Below are positions 37,630 through 50,803 of a stretch of 64,000 nt of DNA, piece after piece. Under the pieces are notes generated by a model that did no database searches, had not been told where the DNA came from, and saw only the letters and a program-made list of their open reading frames with translations. The DNA is from Bispira polyomma (Eukaryota), in assembly GCA_965649765.1 (NCBI GenBank), contig OZ287750.1, positions 100,440,001-100,504,000 of the forward strand. The letters run 5' to 3'. Both the position numbers and the translations under genes were made by a program. Each line of letters starts with the position of its first letter. Positions within the stretch are counted from its first letter, which is position 1.

Positions 37630-38578
37630 TTCGAATTTTTAGAAATATCTACTTATCTTATTTACTTTTTGTGTTGATGAGGTTATGATGACGTCAACAT
37701 ATTTCATATACATCCCTGATCTGATAGTCAGTGTAGCTAGTAGTGTCTTCGGTGTTCGCTGTTTTTAAATGATCCTAGATCTCAGAGTCAGTGTAGCTTC
37801 AGTTTGCTGAAGGTTGTCTATGTTTTTTACATATGGCACAGAAAGTAAACCGATCCTCAGTGTTAGTTTTGTATGTAAAAAAGTAAACGTTGTGTTAAAG
37901 CTAGTTTCACAACCGATTTGTATAAGATTTGGCAGAAATGTAGAGGTCCCCATTTTGAAACATATCTGTAAATTTTAATGCATTTGATAAAGTAGATTTT
38001 GTGTAATTATGCTTTGAACACACAAGCACACAGACCCAAAGGGCGAGGTTAATGATGTTCTAAAGCTTCTACCATAAAATACAATTTGGATTGTCTGCTC
38101 ATTTCCATTTGTAAAGATTTTCCCTGCACTTTAACACTGGATTTAAGATTTTGTATTAACTTTGATAAAACAGTTTGTCGAAATCTTTAATAGTAACAGT
38201 TTATATCCTGTTATATTATTCCAAAGAAATGACAGAACAAATTGTCATGCCTTTCCAAAATGTAAGAAGGAGTGAAAAGTACTTTTGAAGAGTAATGACA
38301 CTTGGGGTATTAAGAATGTTAATTTGCTTTTCAGGAACAAGTATTTGCTAGATGAAATCTGCAACATGCTCTTACCTTTTTCAATTGTAGGACTGAACTT
38401 AATTCTTTCTCCATGTTTTGAAAGGCCCAGTGTTGCTTTTTTTAGGTTTTCTGGGAGCCTTTTGTTATGTTTTTTTATCTATTTCCACCCGAAGAAATAA
38501 TTTTAGTCTTTTCTAAATTCACAGTTGAGCCTGAAATCAGATATTTATTGAATGATACTCTGGGTAACTGAATGAATA

Positions 38579-38960
38579 AACTCATTATCATAATAAAATC
38601 CCCCTATAATGCCCAATACATATCAGAACAAACTACTGCATGGGTATTTGGAATGCTCTATAGTTTTATAGGTGGAGCCTACACAAAAAATACAGACATG
38701 CCCCATTTATGCTGACACACCGTAGGCTAGATAAAGTAATAAGAAAACATGCATAGCAGAACACACTGTAACTCATTATCATAATAAAATCCCCCTATAA
38801 TGCCCAATACATATCAGAACAAACTACTGCATGGGTATTTGGAATGCTCTATAGTTTTATAGGTGGAGCCTACACAAAAAATACAGACATGCCCCATTTA
38901 TGCTGACACACCGTAGGCTAGATAAAGTAATAAGAAAACATGCATAGCAGAACACACTGT
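38579..38960. repeat. Near-perfect tandem duplication of ~191 bp
   Basis: aactcattatcataataaaatcccc...gcagaacacactgt occurs twice; the only difference seen is one extra C in a homopolymer. Confidence 0.92.
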
Positions 38961-39439
38961 ATATCAAGAATCGAGTCTATGTTTCTAGAATAGTCTACAA
39001 ACGTCTGAAGCTGTCCCTATATCAAATAGTTAAGAACAAAATACCAGCTCACAGAAGACCCTAAACCTCAGCCAGAAATGGTAGCCTTTTCTAAACATAC
39101 CCCTAAAAGGACTATAGATAATATCGGGAATGCTGACCCAAGTAGAGACACAACACAGGGACACAATATAATTGCACCCAACCTCAGTAAGATCCAAAAA
39201 CAGTTAATAGCCAACAGTTTGCCCAAATCTCAAAGATCAGTTAGAAGCAGAGAGGTAATTTCTTTGTTGAAGGGTTAATTTGTATGATGTAAGATTAATG
39301 CCAAATTTCATTAGTTTCAGGTTTTATTTTCTGTACATGTTAGCACATTAGTTTATGGTATAATAAGGGTTAAAATAGATTTTGAAAACTATAAATATAA
39401 TTTTTAAAACACCCAAGCCAAACTAGAAAGATGTAGGTA

Positions 39440-41680
39440 AAGAAGCAACAAAAGTGAGGGGGACAGTGGAGGCTGCCTGTGAAGTTTTTTGTAAGTAAGT
39501 CCAGACAGCTGAAGTGGTAGGCTGACACTTTGGTGTAATGTAATGTGTGTATGGAGAGGCACGAACGGCCTGTAGGACAGCGTCGCTGATGAAGTACCCA
39601 CGACTGGTCCTGTTGGAACATCTGATTCTGTGTCAGAGCAAATATTGCTACAGTTACAACCTTTAGACAACAAGATGGACAATATGGACCAGCGCTTGAA
39701 GGTTACAGAGGCGGCTCTGTGCCAACCCAGCGCCAATTAGGCATGCAGTACTTTACTTGTTGTTAGACCCCAAGCTAGTAGCACTGTTTCTAGTGAGAGT
39801 GTGGCCAAGGTGCCCGAGTCAGTTAGCGAAACTCTTATCCCTTCTCTAGATTACTCACGGTCTAATGATAGTTTACAAAGCCAAGTTGACCAATGGTTAT
39901 TGCAGTTACAGCAACTGAAAGAACTCACTGGGTCAGGTAAAGTCCCAGCGGGGCAGTACCAATGCCCCTATCAAAAGTGCTGTTGATTGGCCCCAAAACT
40001 TTGTATTATCTGGTGTTAAGAAAACCCGTCCAAGGTACAATGACTTAACCCTCATTCAATTCACTTCAGGTTTTGTTAGGTGTGTTCAAGAACAAAAATC
40101 CCAAGAGGTTAAAGAATCCATGCTTGAATATTTAACCAATCTCATGGACGATGCCCACGATTTTTCGTGGGAGGCCTTGATATTGTGGGAGGCCGTGATA
40201 TTGTTAACAAACATGGAGCTATATTGTCTTAAATGGACGGATGTGAAAAAAGTCGATCGGATTCGTAGGGAACATGCCCAGCACCATATATCTAATAGTG
40301 CCAGCTGTAGTCATAACTCTAAGGCTGGTGGTAGCAGTAAGGGTAAAAGTCAAAGTAAAAGTCAGGGTGTCAATTGTCGATGTTTCCAGGAGGGTACCTG
40401 CAAATTTAATGCAAGTCACAGGACCTCTGGACAACTGTTCAAACACAATTGTGAATCTTGTGAGGGTGCACGTCAAACTAAATTATGTCCCAAGAAGGGG
40501 TCAAAAAACTAAGGGCCTGTGTTTACTAAAGTTGTATATAGTTCAAAGTTTAAAGATTTTAATTTGTTTTCTGATGTTGATTTTTAAAAATATGCTTGTT
40601 GTAACCAAAAAATGAAATTGTCTTATAGTGATGTGTTGAAAAGGGGGAATAAAAATTTGCCGGTGGCCAATTCTGCTGTGGGCAAAATGGTGGAAAAGTA
40701 CACACGTTAGTACACAAGGTAGTTGTGGGAGATAGAGGCAAAACATGTGTAAATAGATTTCCAACCACTGGGGGAAATGTTCAAAATAAAAACAAAAACA
40801 AAGGTGTGTACTCTTGTAACCGGGTCAACAAGCCAGAAAAACACAAGGCCTGTCGTCCTCCTCGTGTAGAAAGTGTGAAAAATAAAACCATAAAAGTGTC
40901 TGGGGGATTCGCCTCCCCGATAAGTGGCAAACTTGCCAACAAACCATTGTTTTAGAAAGAAAGGGTTGACACCTTGGGCCATAACAATAACTTCCAATTA
41001 CCACTCTACAATCAGTATGAGGTTTTTTTAACACATTTTGTGGGAAGGGGGAAATTGCTAATGAAAGGACCCATTGTGTGGGAGACCCCTTTTGTGTCGG
41101 GGGGCTCGCCCCCAGTACACATGTCAAAGTTAACACCCAGGTGTCAGCTCCACTTAAACAATGTGCTAAACCAACAAAACAGAATACAGCCAAGGCAGAC
41201 TTCTCTGATGACAAGTATGCTTTGGACATGCACCGGTCGGTTGATAGAAGGAAACAATTTTATGACGCCAAGGTGTGTGAAACATTTGAACTCTGGGATG
41301 TTCAAAACAATGGGAAATTTGGGTTTATCCCCCTTTCCTCTTGGGGAAAACAAATTTTAGATAATTCTCAAAGTAAAAGCCTAGTTGATGTGTTTGCACT
41401 TCATAAACTGTTACAAATAAATGGTCCGCCTTACTATAAAGGATTGCAAATTCCAGTTGTTTCTCAACTCAATGCGGGTAGATGGGCTGAACACTTAAGC
41501 GACTATTGGGATTGGCAACTCCCCCTACTCATAAAGTTCGGCTTTCCCCTTGATTGTACTACACATTGTGATCTTAAGTTGGATCTTAAAAAGCATTCCT
41601 CTGCCAGTCAGTATCTTAAACATGTCAGTCATTATTTGGAGGAGTAGTGCAGGTTGGGGGCTATGTACGGGCTATCCACT
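39440..41680 (+). mobile_element. Degenerate Ngaro-like YR retrotransposon, 5' part (gag and start of RT)
   Basis: gag MDQRLKVTEAAL...WPQNFVLSG...MLEYLTNLMDDAHDFSWEA...CRCFQEGTC...HNCESC, homologous to 36142-36662; pol GLQIPVVSQLN...LIKFGFPLD. Confidence 0.78.
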
Positions 41681-41689
41681 TTCTAAAAT

Positions 41690-42018
41690 GAGTTGATCAT
41701 AATTTATTTAAATTAAATGCTTTGGATTGAAGGTCACCTTAGTTTACAACTCCGTTGTTGGGGTCCTTTTAATGTACTTTTTAAGTAACTAAGGTGACCT
41801 TAACTTAATTTCTTATTTATCCTAAGTTAAGTATTTCAATAAGTGACTTTAAGTCACTCTAAGTAATAACATTTTAAATTCTGGTTTAAGGTGACCTTAA
41901 GTCATTCTGTATATAGTAGTCAACTACCACTTAGTGCAATAAACAAATTTACCACATTCTGTGTATACCTACCTTGTGTTGTGACCTATGATCCCTGACC
42001 TGTTACCGAGGAAATGAT
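41690..42018 (+). repeat. Palindrome-rich LTR-like fragment, homologous in inverted orientation to 53826-53980
   Basis: Shared aaggtgacc.ttaagtca...tagtagtcaac...aataaa.aaatttacc.cattctgtgtata.ctaccttgt...cctgttaccgaggaaatg. LTR identity is inferred from AATAAA near the end. Confidence 0.5.
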
Positions 42019-42019
42019 C

Positions 42020-45000
42020 TCCAAAGTCCATGTGCCATTATGTTCTAAAGTGAGACATTATTATTCCAATATGTGATAGTACTGAATAGAGGGCAGCAAG
42101 TATGTGTGTGTCCACTATTGTGTCATATGGAGGTTCACAGGCAGCAAACAGAGGGTAGCTATCTAGGAGTATTCTAGAGGTCAATAAATGTTGTTTACTG
42201 GACACAGTTGCTTGTTGTGTAACTCAGGTATTTGGATTATATCAACCTAACCCCTAGTTTGAAGGTTCTTGGTCCATTTTATGATCACATGAACTCCAGG
42301 TGGACCAAAAATGATGTCTTTTCTTAGCAAATGCCTTGTTGAATCAAATTGAGCCCTAGAATGTGGTTCTATGTTCGAAATTCTAAGGAAGCCGAAGAAT
42401 AATAATATAAATATTGCCCTATTAAGAATGGGGTCATTCAAAATATTGTAAGCTTTAGATATAGAGAATAAGTGATGTATATCGAACACCCCTCTGGGTT
42501 GTGGCTTGAACTGGGAGTTGTGAGTTAATCTTCTGAAAAAAGTGTTATTGTTTTCAATAATGGCCATATTCCATGAATATCTTTTGGCCATGAACTTGAT
42601 TACAGACAAGTAATTGTTAATGGAATTTGGTCAGGTGCCATTTTGAACTAAATATTCTAGAAATGCTATGACTACAGGGGTGTTGATTATATCTACCCCA
42701 GCAAAACAAGTAAAAGCTAAGAAAGTCTTGAACTGTTGGTTGTAAGATGAGAATGTTTTTGGTCTTAAAGCTGTGTGTAGTCTCATCCAAGCTGACCTTA
42801 AGAGTGTCTGTGGCACTTGAGTGAACCCTGCAATTATACAATAATATTAAAGTTAAAGAAATGTAGTGGGATCTGATGCCGCACAAATTCTTCTCAACTT
42901 AAAATGTCTTGTTCTTTGGTTAAATAATGTTCAGAATTGACTCTAGATAGTGCATCAGCAATATCGTTCTTTTTCCCCTTAATGTGGTCGATTTCTTAAT
43001 TTATATCATGTTGTGCTGACTAAAGCCAGATATTTCTGAGACACAAAGCTGAGAAATCATCCTTAGTTTTGTTGGAACCAATAACTAGCACCACAGCCAT
43101 GTTGTTGCACAAAATTCGAATAGTATTATGAGCCCACTGTTCAGCCCAAAGTTTAAGCGCTATTAAGCATCTCTATGTGTACTATTGAAATCTTTCTGTT
43201 ATAGACGTTATATAGTGGGGATAAACTTGATTCTTGTAAATGCCCCCTACTCCTGGCAGACAGGCATCGATGTATACCCTGTTTGTATCAGCGTTTCGGG
43301 GGAACAGTAGAAAAGCTCACTATAAATTTGTTTCACTTTCTTAGCACTATGCCTCAGCATAACGCTCACTCACCCAAGGTAAGCCACATAGACAAAAGTT
43401 AGGACGTTTTAACAGCACAAGTATCTCAACGTCAGACCCAAAACTGAGATGGGCTAACAAAGGTTGGATGGGGGAAACGTCTCGGAAGCGCACCAAACTT
43501 TGCTTACCACAATGAACAGCTGGGCAACTGGCAAGCACGACTCAATTCACCGATCCAACCACTTCGAGCCAAATGATTCAACAAGTGATTTCATCACACA
43601 GGGATGCTGCCTCGTTCTTATGGGAGGTAGTTAGAGCTGCCTGGATGCATAACATGCATGAAATTAAAAAAAGACAGTTTCAATGGGGCGACAGCAAAAT
43701 GCTTGGCTTGTATGATAGTAATGTACCCAGCAGTAAGGGCCACAAATATTACATCAGAGGGAGAAGCGGTAAATCTCAATTGAAATCTTTCTGTTATAGA
43801 CGTTATATAGTGGGGATAAACTTGATTCTTGTAAATGCTCCCTACTCCTGTCAGACAGGCATCGATGTATACCCTGTTTGTATCAGCGTTTGTGATTGAG
43901 TTAATATAAATAATGCCATTATAATGTTTCAAAGATGAAATAAACCAGGCAATATCTGCCTTCATGGCTTCAGTAATTTTAAATCGCTTTGTCGCCTTTA
44001 TGTATGCCACAATATCATTGATAGTAGGGAATTTTAGAGCAAATTGCACGCCATCAAAAAGTTGTTTGTTAACATTATCATTGACAGATCTCCCGAATGG
44101 GTATGATAAGTTCAAAATGACCCTGCGCATATGTAAGTCTTTAGGTCGGGGGAACAGTAGTATAGCTCACTATAAATTTGTTTCACTGGGCCCAACATGG
44201 CACCATTAACCCTTTCTTTTTTCTAGATATTGTCCTATTTCTCTTTATACTGTAGGGCAAAATGGTGATTTGTGGCCTCCCCTTCATTGAGTGGAAGTGG
44301 GTCAGTCAATGGGAAAGGGAAGCCAAATTTGAGATATTGCAGTTGTAATTTGTCAGGGTGATCAGCTAAAATATGCTCCCATTGTTCAATTTTTTAACCC
44401 GAAATCAGAGGTAAACGTGCCCCCCTATATTTAGGGCAACCTGTGTCCTTAATAATCTGACTAATATCGAGTATTTGACTTTTTGAAGAAATGAGAATAG
44501 GAGGCCTATCTGGACCTGTGAAGGTGAAATTTGTACCAGATAATACTAAAAACCCTCTGTCCTTGTGAGGTAAGTTTTTGTCATTAATATTCTTGCTACC
44601 CTTAAATAGTGGCCAATCTGTTGAAGACTCGGTGAATGTTGTACAGACATTAACCTGTGGACTCTGCCTTTCTTGTGAAATGTTGTCACATACTATTTCA
44701 TTAGTAGTGATCAACATGTCACCCTCATTATCCCATTGTAACATTTCATCAATGATTCTTGTAATGAAATCCGTATAACCACAATTATCCATTTTAAAAG
44801 AGCCCAGCTCTTTCTGATAATCGATGTAAACTTCAATAGGTGACAAGTCACCCCTCATACTGGTTCCAGCAGTGATATCACAAATTACTCGATCAGTTTT
44901 GGGCACAGTCATTAAAATCTGTGTTTCAAAAGTGTCCAATATGTGAATAGGGCCTTGTGGAATCCATAAAGCAATGACACCAGTTAGTTATTGGCATTAT

Positions 45001-46730
45001 AACATTGAGATTTACCGCTTCTGGCCCGTCCACATCTTGTTAACACATTCACTTTCTAATTTCATCACAATTAAGTCATTTTTAGTGGCTGTACTGCCAT
45101 TAAGTTCTGGTCTCTTTGTATTACTGTTGTTATCATTACTAATAGAATCTAAAGCTACTATATTGTTAATGTCACTATTACTATCATCACTTGAAACATT
45201 CAAAATCTTACAATTCCTTTCCAATGTTCCTTCACCTAGTCGTTGGTTATTGGCCTAGTTACTGGTTGTTTTATTTTCTTGTTGTTTAGAAGAATTAGCC
45301 CTATAACACTTGAACTCTGGGTGGAGCGATTCCTTGTGCAGAACAGTAGAGCAGTGCCAACATATGTGTCGGTATTGGCCGTGGTCCGATTTGTTGGTGC
45401 ATTTGCCAGCATTGAAGAGCTTGCAAATGTTTCTGGCCGATTGTGGTTTGTATGAACCGTGAGAGTTGTGCGAATGAGCTGGATTGGCCATAGCCATCTA
45501 TGCAGCGTTCATCCAGTTGAGAGCCCACTGCGTTTTGTCGCCCCACTGCAACCTGCCTTCTTCGACTTCATGCATGTTATGCAACCATGACGTTCTTACT
45601 ACATCCCACGAGAAAGAAGCGACGTCCCTTAATGACAGAATGACTTGTTGGACCATTTCCCGTGATGTTTCCGAGTCGGTGACCTGCATGGCGTTGGACA
45701 GCTGACCAACTGCCCATTGAGGGAGTGACAACTCATCGAACGTGGGACGCTTACGAGCTGTCCCGCCCACCTAACCTTCATTGGGCCATATAAGTTTTGG
45801 ATCAGCAGTCGGTATGTCGGTAATATTGAAACGCCCTGATTTTTGTCTGACTGGCTTACCTTGTGAAAGAGTACGTTGCGCGTGGGTCTCGTACTTCAGG
45901 GATAGATTTCAAAACGTCTACCTTGGGGACGATGGCTTCCTTGGAGTAATCCACATGTTGAAACGAACGCGCTTGTGCCTGTAATATGGGTACTGGAGCG
46001 GCAGCTGAAGGTACGTATGGAGCCGTTGTAGCTGGCCTGTTTTCATAAAGCTCTTGACTGGGTGACACAATGGGAGTCGACTGGGACGTTTCTCATGCTT
46101 CCATCCTGTCCAATCTTTGGTTAATGACCTCGTTGGATTTTTCCAGTCTCTCAAAAATCACCATCATAGCTGGCATCACATTAATTTCGGCTTGTGTCAA
46201 CGACGGGGCACCTCCATGAGCCGTGAGAGGATGAGTGTGATTAGCCGTGACCGTGGGCACTTGTTGGCCAAGTTGTGGAGACGCGTACTGAGTCACGTTC
46301 TCTGGAAATAGCGGCAGACGAAGATTATTGAGTATACTGTCGTTTACCTGTCCCTGAGTAATCTTCTTCTTTGACGTTTTTACACAAACGCTGCTTTTCT
46401 TAGAAGTTCCAGTTTTGACCCAAGCCTCATCAGAAGGCGTCTTCTTAGGTTTTCCCATCCTTTTAATAATAATCCAGATAAAATACTAAAACGTTACTCC
46501 ACTAAAACAAGATAAAACATAAATAAAAGTAAAAGTCCATAAAATAACAAAGAACAACTTGGATTTCCTATTTCCAAGTTTTCCTATGTGTGTGCTTCAG
46601 TGTCGAAAAGCTTAATGGTGAATTTTAAGAGGGAAAATACATTGTCGAGTTAAACCAAGAACTGACTGAATGTATGGCTGGATAGACAGAGCAAAATAAG
46701 TCAGCTCAGTCGCCAGGGGTTAAGGTAGTG
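42020..46730 (-). mobile_element. Near-complete degenerate Ngaro-like YR retrotransposon (gag, RT/RH, tyrosine recombinase)
   Basis: gag 46458-45255 with zinc finger; RT RRVILNLSYPFG-SVN; RH YIDACLTGVG...ADALSR; YR LLFFGFLRISN...KWTKNLQ...AHGLWRS. No methyltransferase lies between RH and YR, which favours Ngaro over DIRS1. Confidence 0.82.
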
Positions 46731-46789
46731 TATAAGATTTAAAGACTGGGGCAACTGAAGCACCAGACCCCTTTATGGTCGTGATATCT

Positions 46790-47802
46790 ATAATATCCCA
46801 TCTATAAATTATGATAATGTGTTTGGAAAAGTAAAAAATTTTAATCGTGGAAGTACAGGATACTAACCCCCATTGACAAAATAACTGTGATCAAAACACT
46901 GATCCTATCAAAATTAACCATCTTTTTTTTAACAATTCCTGTACCTAAAAGTACCCTTGAAGACGTAAATAGGCATTAAAAAAATTGGGGATATTTTAGA
47001 TTCAAATGGTCTAATGATAAGTCCAGAAGATCTAAAACTTCGGTATAATTTAAACATTTACTTTCTAAATTACCATACAGTGACGTAACGTATTAGTCCA
47101 TATATAAATAGTAACAAAAAAGGGGATAATTGGAAAGTGGTACAACCATATATTCCATTCCATATATCAATATTAATCAGTTGCACCAAAGGTAACAAAG
47201 ATGTGTATATTGCATTGTGTCATTCTGAAATATATAATAGAAAGAACTAGTTAAAATGGAATCAAGAAGTGTAAAAGAGATGCGGAAATGCATGCTTCTA
47301 TTATTTATGGACTCAATTTAAAATTATACACAGAAAAATTGGCACTAAACAATATATGCACAAATTAAAAATATCGAATTCAGATTTGTGTAGAATTTTT
47401 TTGAAAACAGTGAATGTATTTTACATAAATATTAAGGGTGTTCTGTTGTTAAAGAAATTGTGGAATAATGTCAAATCTTTGATTGAACTGAAAATAGATG
47501 TGAATTTAGAATTGAGTCAGACCAGTCTCATATTGGGATACTGGTATCAAGATATAATATACTGGCCTTTAAATATTGCTGTAATAATTAGTAGGCAGTA
47601 CATATTTACATGTGCCAAAAATAACAACAATTTAAACATATATCGATTACAAAAGATAATCAGAATAAATATAAGTTATGTATCTAAAACAAACAACTCA
47701 TTTGATTTTCTTCAAAAAAATGGTCAATTTGCAGACACAATCCAATATTTAACAAAAAACCTGTTAAAATCGACAATATTTTATTTTGTAAAGTTAAAAT
47801 AA
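46790..47802 (+). mobile_element. Tx1/L1-like LINE ORF2 3' fragment
   Basis: LTPIDKITVIKTLILSKINH...QFKIIHRKIGTKQYMHKLKISNSDLC...RQYIFTC. Confidence 0.7.
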
Positions 47803-49261
47803 TTAAAACATGTTTTTTCGCGATGTAAGATCTGACACAGCAGACCTGTGGGCCTCAGGTGCACTAGGCAGTGTTCTCCAGATATCAGCTTGACCCGTGA
47901 TGAGTATGCAAAAGAAGAGAGTCCACGTGTAGACACTCAAAATGATGCAGTTCAAGATATGTGTCACCGACAACAAGAGATGATGGACACAATACTGAAG
48001 TCAGTACAAAACTACAAGAGGATGAGGATGGACTCAAATCAAAAGACAATATAGTAGATCAACCCATTATTCTGGTTGTTCCGATTGTGTTTGATTATAC
48101 CCTGCCAAACGCGGCTACAAATGTACAGCAGACAAGGCCTACTCCAGCTCCGAGAAGCCGAGCTGCACAACTTCACAGGCTGGCAAAGGACATGATATAG
48201 TTCATTTTTGTTTGAGGTGAGACTGTGTATTGTGTAAATTGTAATACTTCAACTGTGTTTGCCAAATGCATAAGCCTTATAATATCTGACTGTCTACTTT
48301 GTTTTTTTCAGATCTTTTTGAAAAACTCCTTAGACAAGATTGTTTTAGATAGTACTATCCTTTGCATAGTGAACTCATTTTTCTGGAAGAAAATTTGTAA
48401 TTGAAGCTAAATACGTATCATTTGACTTTTTAATAATTCTGCAATTTCAAGGTAATGACTTGACATTTCTTGATGTTGTAAATGAATTGGTACCTTAAAG
48501 AAAACTTTAATATTTGAAGCAGTTAAAAATAGTAGACGTCAAGTTTGTGAAAATGATTGATTTGATCTTGTATATTCTGACTAGTCTTGCTTCATTTGAA
48601 CGCTAAGGGTGGTGTCTATTTGTGTGTTGAGAATTTGATTCAGATTACTAGTGCTTGCAAAACCTGCAAGTTTTGTCAAAAGATTTCAGTGCAGTTACAT
48701 TGTGAATTGGATAAAATAAAATTGACCAGAAGGTTAAATAAAGATTTAGGCACATTAACATGTGGTCATGATATCATTGACTTATTACCTCGAAAACTGT
48801 TATGGTAATTAAGAGTGTCATACCGTTTCTAATATTATGTTATTCTTCACAATTTTAATTTGGAAGAGAGTACCGTCTGTCAAAAAAAATTCCCAAAATA
48901 TTTTAATTATAGATTATTTTTTTCCATAACTTTGTTACTATGTTTCAGCTTTAATCTCACTAATTTAAATTTTTGTTTGGCACTTTTTGGATTCATAACA
49001 CTTTTCGTCATCTTCAAGTAGACAAAAGTTTATATATGTCAGCCATTCTGACGTTCAAGATGGCCGTCATATAAAAAATGGCACAAACTATTTCTTTGGT
49101 AACTGAATCATCTCAAACTGAATTAAACTGTTAAAATAATAATAATGGATTCTATCATGTTTTCTTACATTTATCAGCACTTTATATGTATCAAAGGGTG
49201 AAAATTTAATATATAAATACATAAACTAAAAACAAAAACTAAAACCCCCACTAAAACCTAT

Positions 49262-50803
49262 ATGTTAGACCCCTGACCAACTTTCCTGGTGAAGGAATGC
49301 GTTGATATACTCCTACCCTCTATCACCAGACTTGTCAACCACTCTCTTACAGAGGGTATTGTACCTGATAAATTTAAACAGGCTGTAGTAACTCCCCTTA
49401 TAAAGAAACCATCGTTATCAAAAAATTACCTTAAGAATTATAGGCCAGTATCGGGCCTAAGTTTCATCTCCAAGCTAGTGGAAAGAATTGTTGCAAAACA
49501 AATAACAGAACAGATCAACAAAAATGGTTTAGGTAATCCTCTGCAGTCTGCTTATAAACAGGGCCATTCCACTGAAACAGCTCTTCTATCCATCAAAAAT
49601 GAAGTACATATATCTCTTTCAGAAGGTGAATCTATAGCACTAGTCCTCCTCGACCTGTTTTCGATACTATTGATCATGCTACCTTGCTTGAATACTTGAA
49701 ATCGTCCTGGTTCGGCTTTCATGGTACAGTTCTCAAATGTTTCACTTCATATCTCTCAAATCAATTTCAGTCTGTCGAAAAAGGCTCCACTCTATCAGAG
49801 TTGTTCAAGCTTGAGTTTGGTGTTCCCCAAGGGTCAGTTCTGGGCCCAATCTTGTTTTCTTTGCACACTACTCCGCTCAGCTATATCATCAGCAAACATA
49901 GCAATATGAAGTACCACTATTATGCTGATGACACACAGCTGTATGCTCATCTCTCATATAAAAATGCCACAACTGTTCTCGACAGTCTAAAAAGTTGTCT
50001 CAGTGATGTTCAAAAATGGATGTTTGCCAACAAGCTTAAATTAAACCCGGACAAGACTGAGTTTATACTTTTCGGATCAAGAGCACAGGCTGATAGATTT
50101 AAGGATTTTTTCCCAGTCAATATTTTAGGAAACATGGTGTACCCTGCAAATGCTGTCAAGAACCTGGGGGTGTGGTTTGATTCTACGTTTTCCTTCTCCA
50201 AACAAGTTCATGAAGTTTGCAAGTCTTGCTTCATCCAAATGAAGGATCTAAGAATGCAAAACTCATTAGCCAGACTGGTTGCCAACCATTCCAAGTACTC
50301 CCGTGTTACTCTGGTCTTAAGAAGTCTCCACTGGTTACCCATTGAGTTTAGATGTATGTTCAAAACAGCTACCTTAATCTACAAATTATTAAATTATGGC
50401 CTTCCAGCATACTGGAATCCATACCTCACACTTTACACATGCAGTCATAATACCAGAAGGCGCAAACTGGAAAAAAGTTACCTGACCGTTCAAATATTTA
50501 TTTCATCAGTACACAAATCAAAACGTCAGTTTAACAATAGCTTTGCCCATGATGCTCCAACACTTTGGAATGAATTACCTTCCGAAATTCGTTGTGCAAC
50601 CTCACTCACATCATTTAGAAAAAAACTTAAAACCTACTCATTTGACAAGGCTATTCCAACATAGCCCTAAATTCACCCGGCGTCTCCATGGTGCTGACCC
50701 ATGCTTGTCTAACATAAATGCAAATTGCATAAGGATACTGTTCTGCGCCTTAGAATCTCTTAAGAAGGAGAGATTATGCGCTATAAAAGTTAGATTAGAA
50801 TAA
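49262..50803 (+). mobile_element. 5'-truncated L2-clade LINE (RT and 3' tail)
   Basis: KNYRPVSGLSFISK, STETAL, GVPQGSVLGP, YYADDTQLY, LHWLP; tail gcgctataaaagttagattagaa. Confidence 0.88.
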
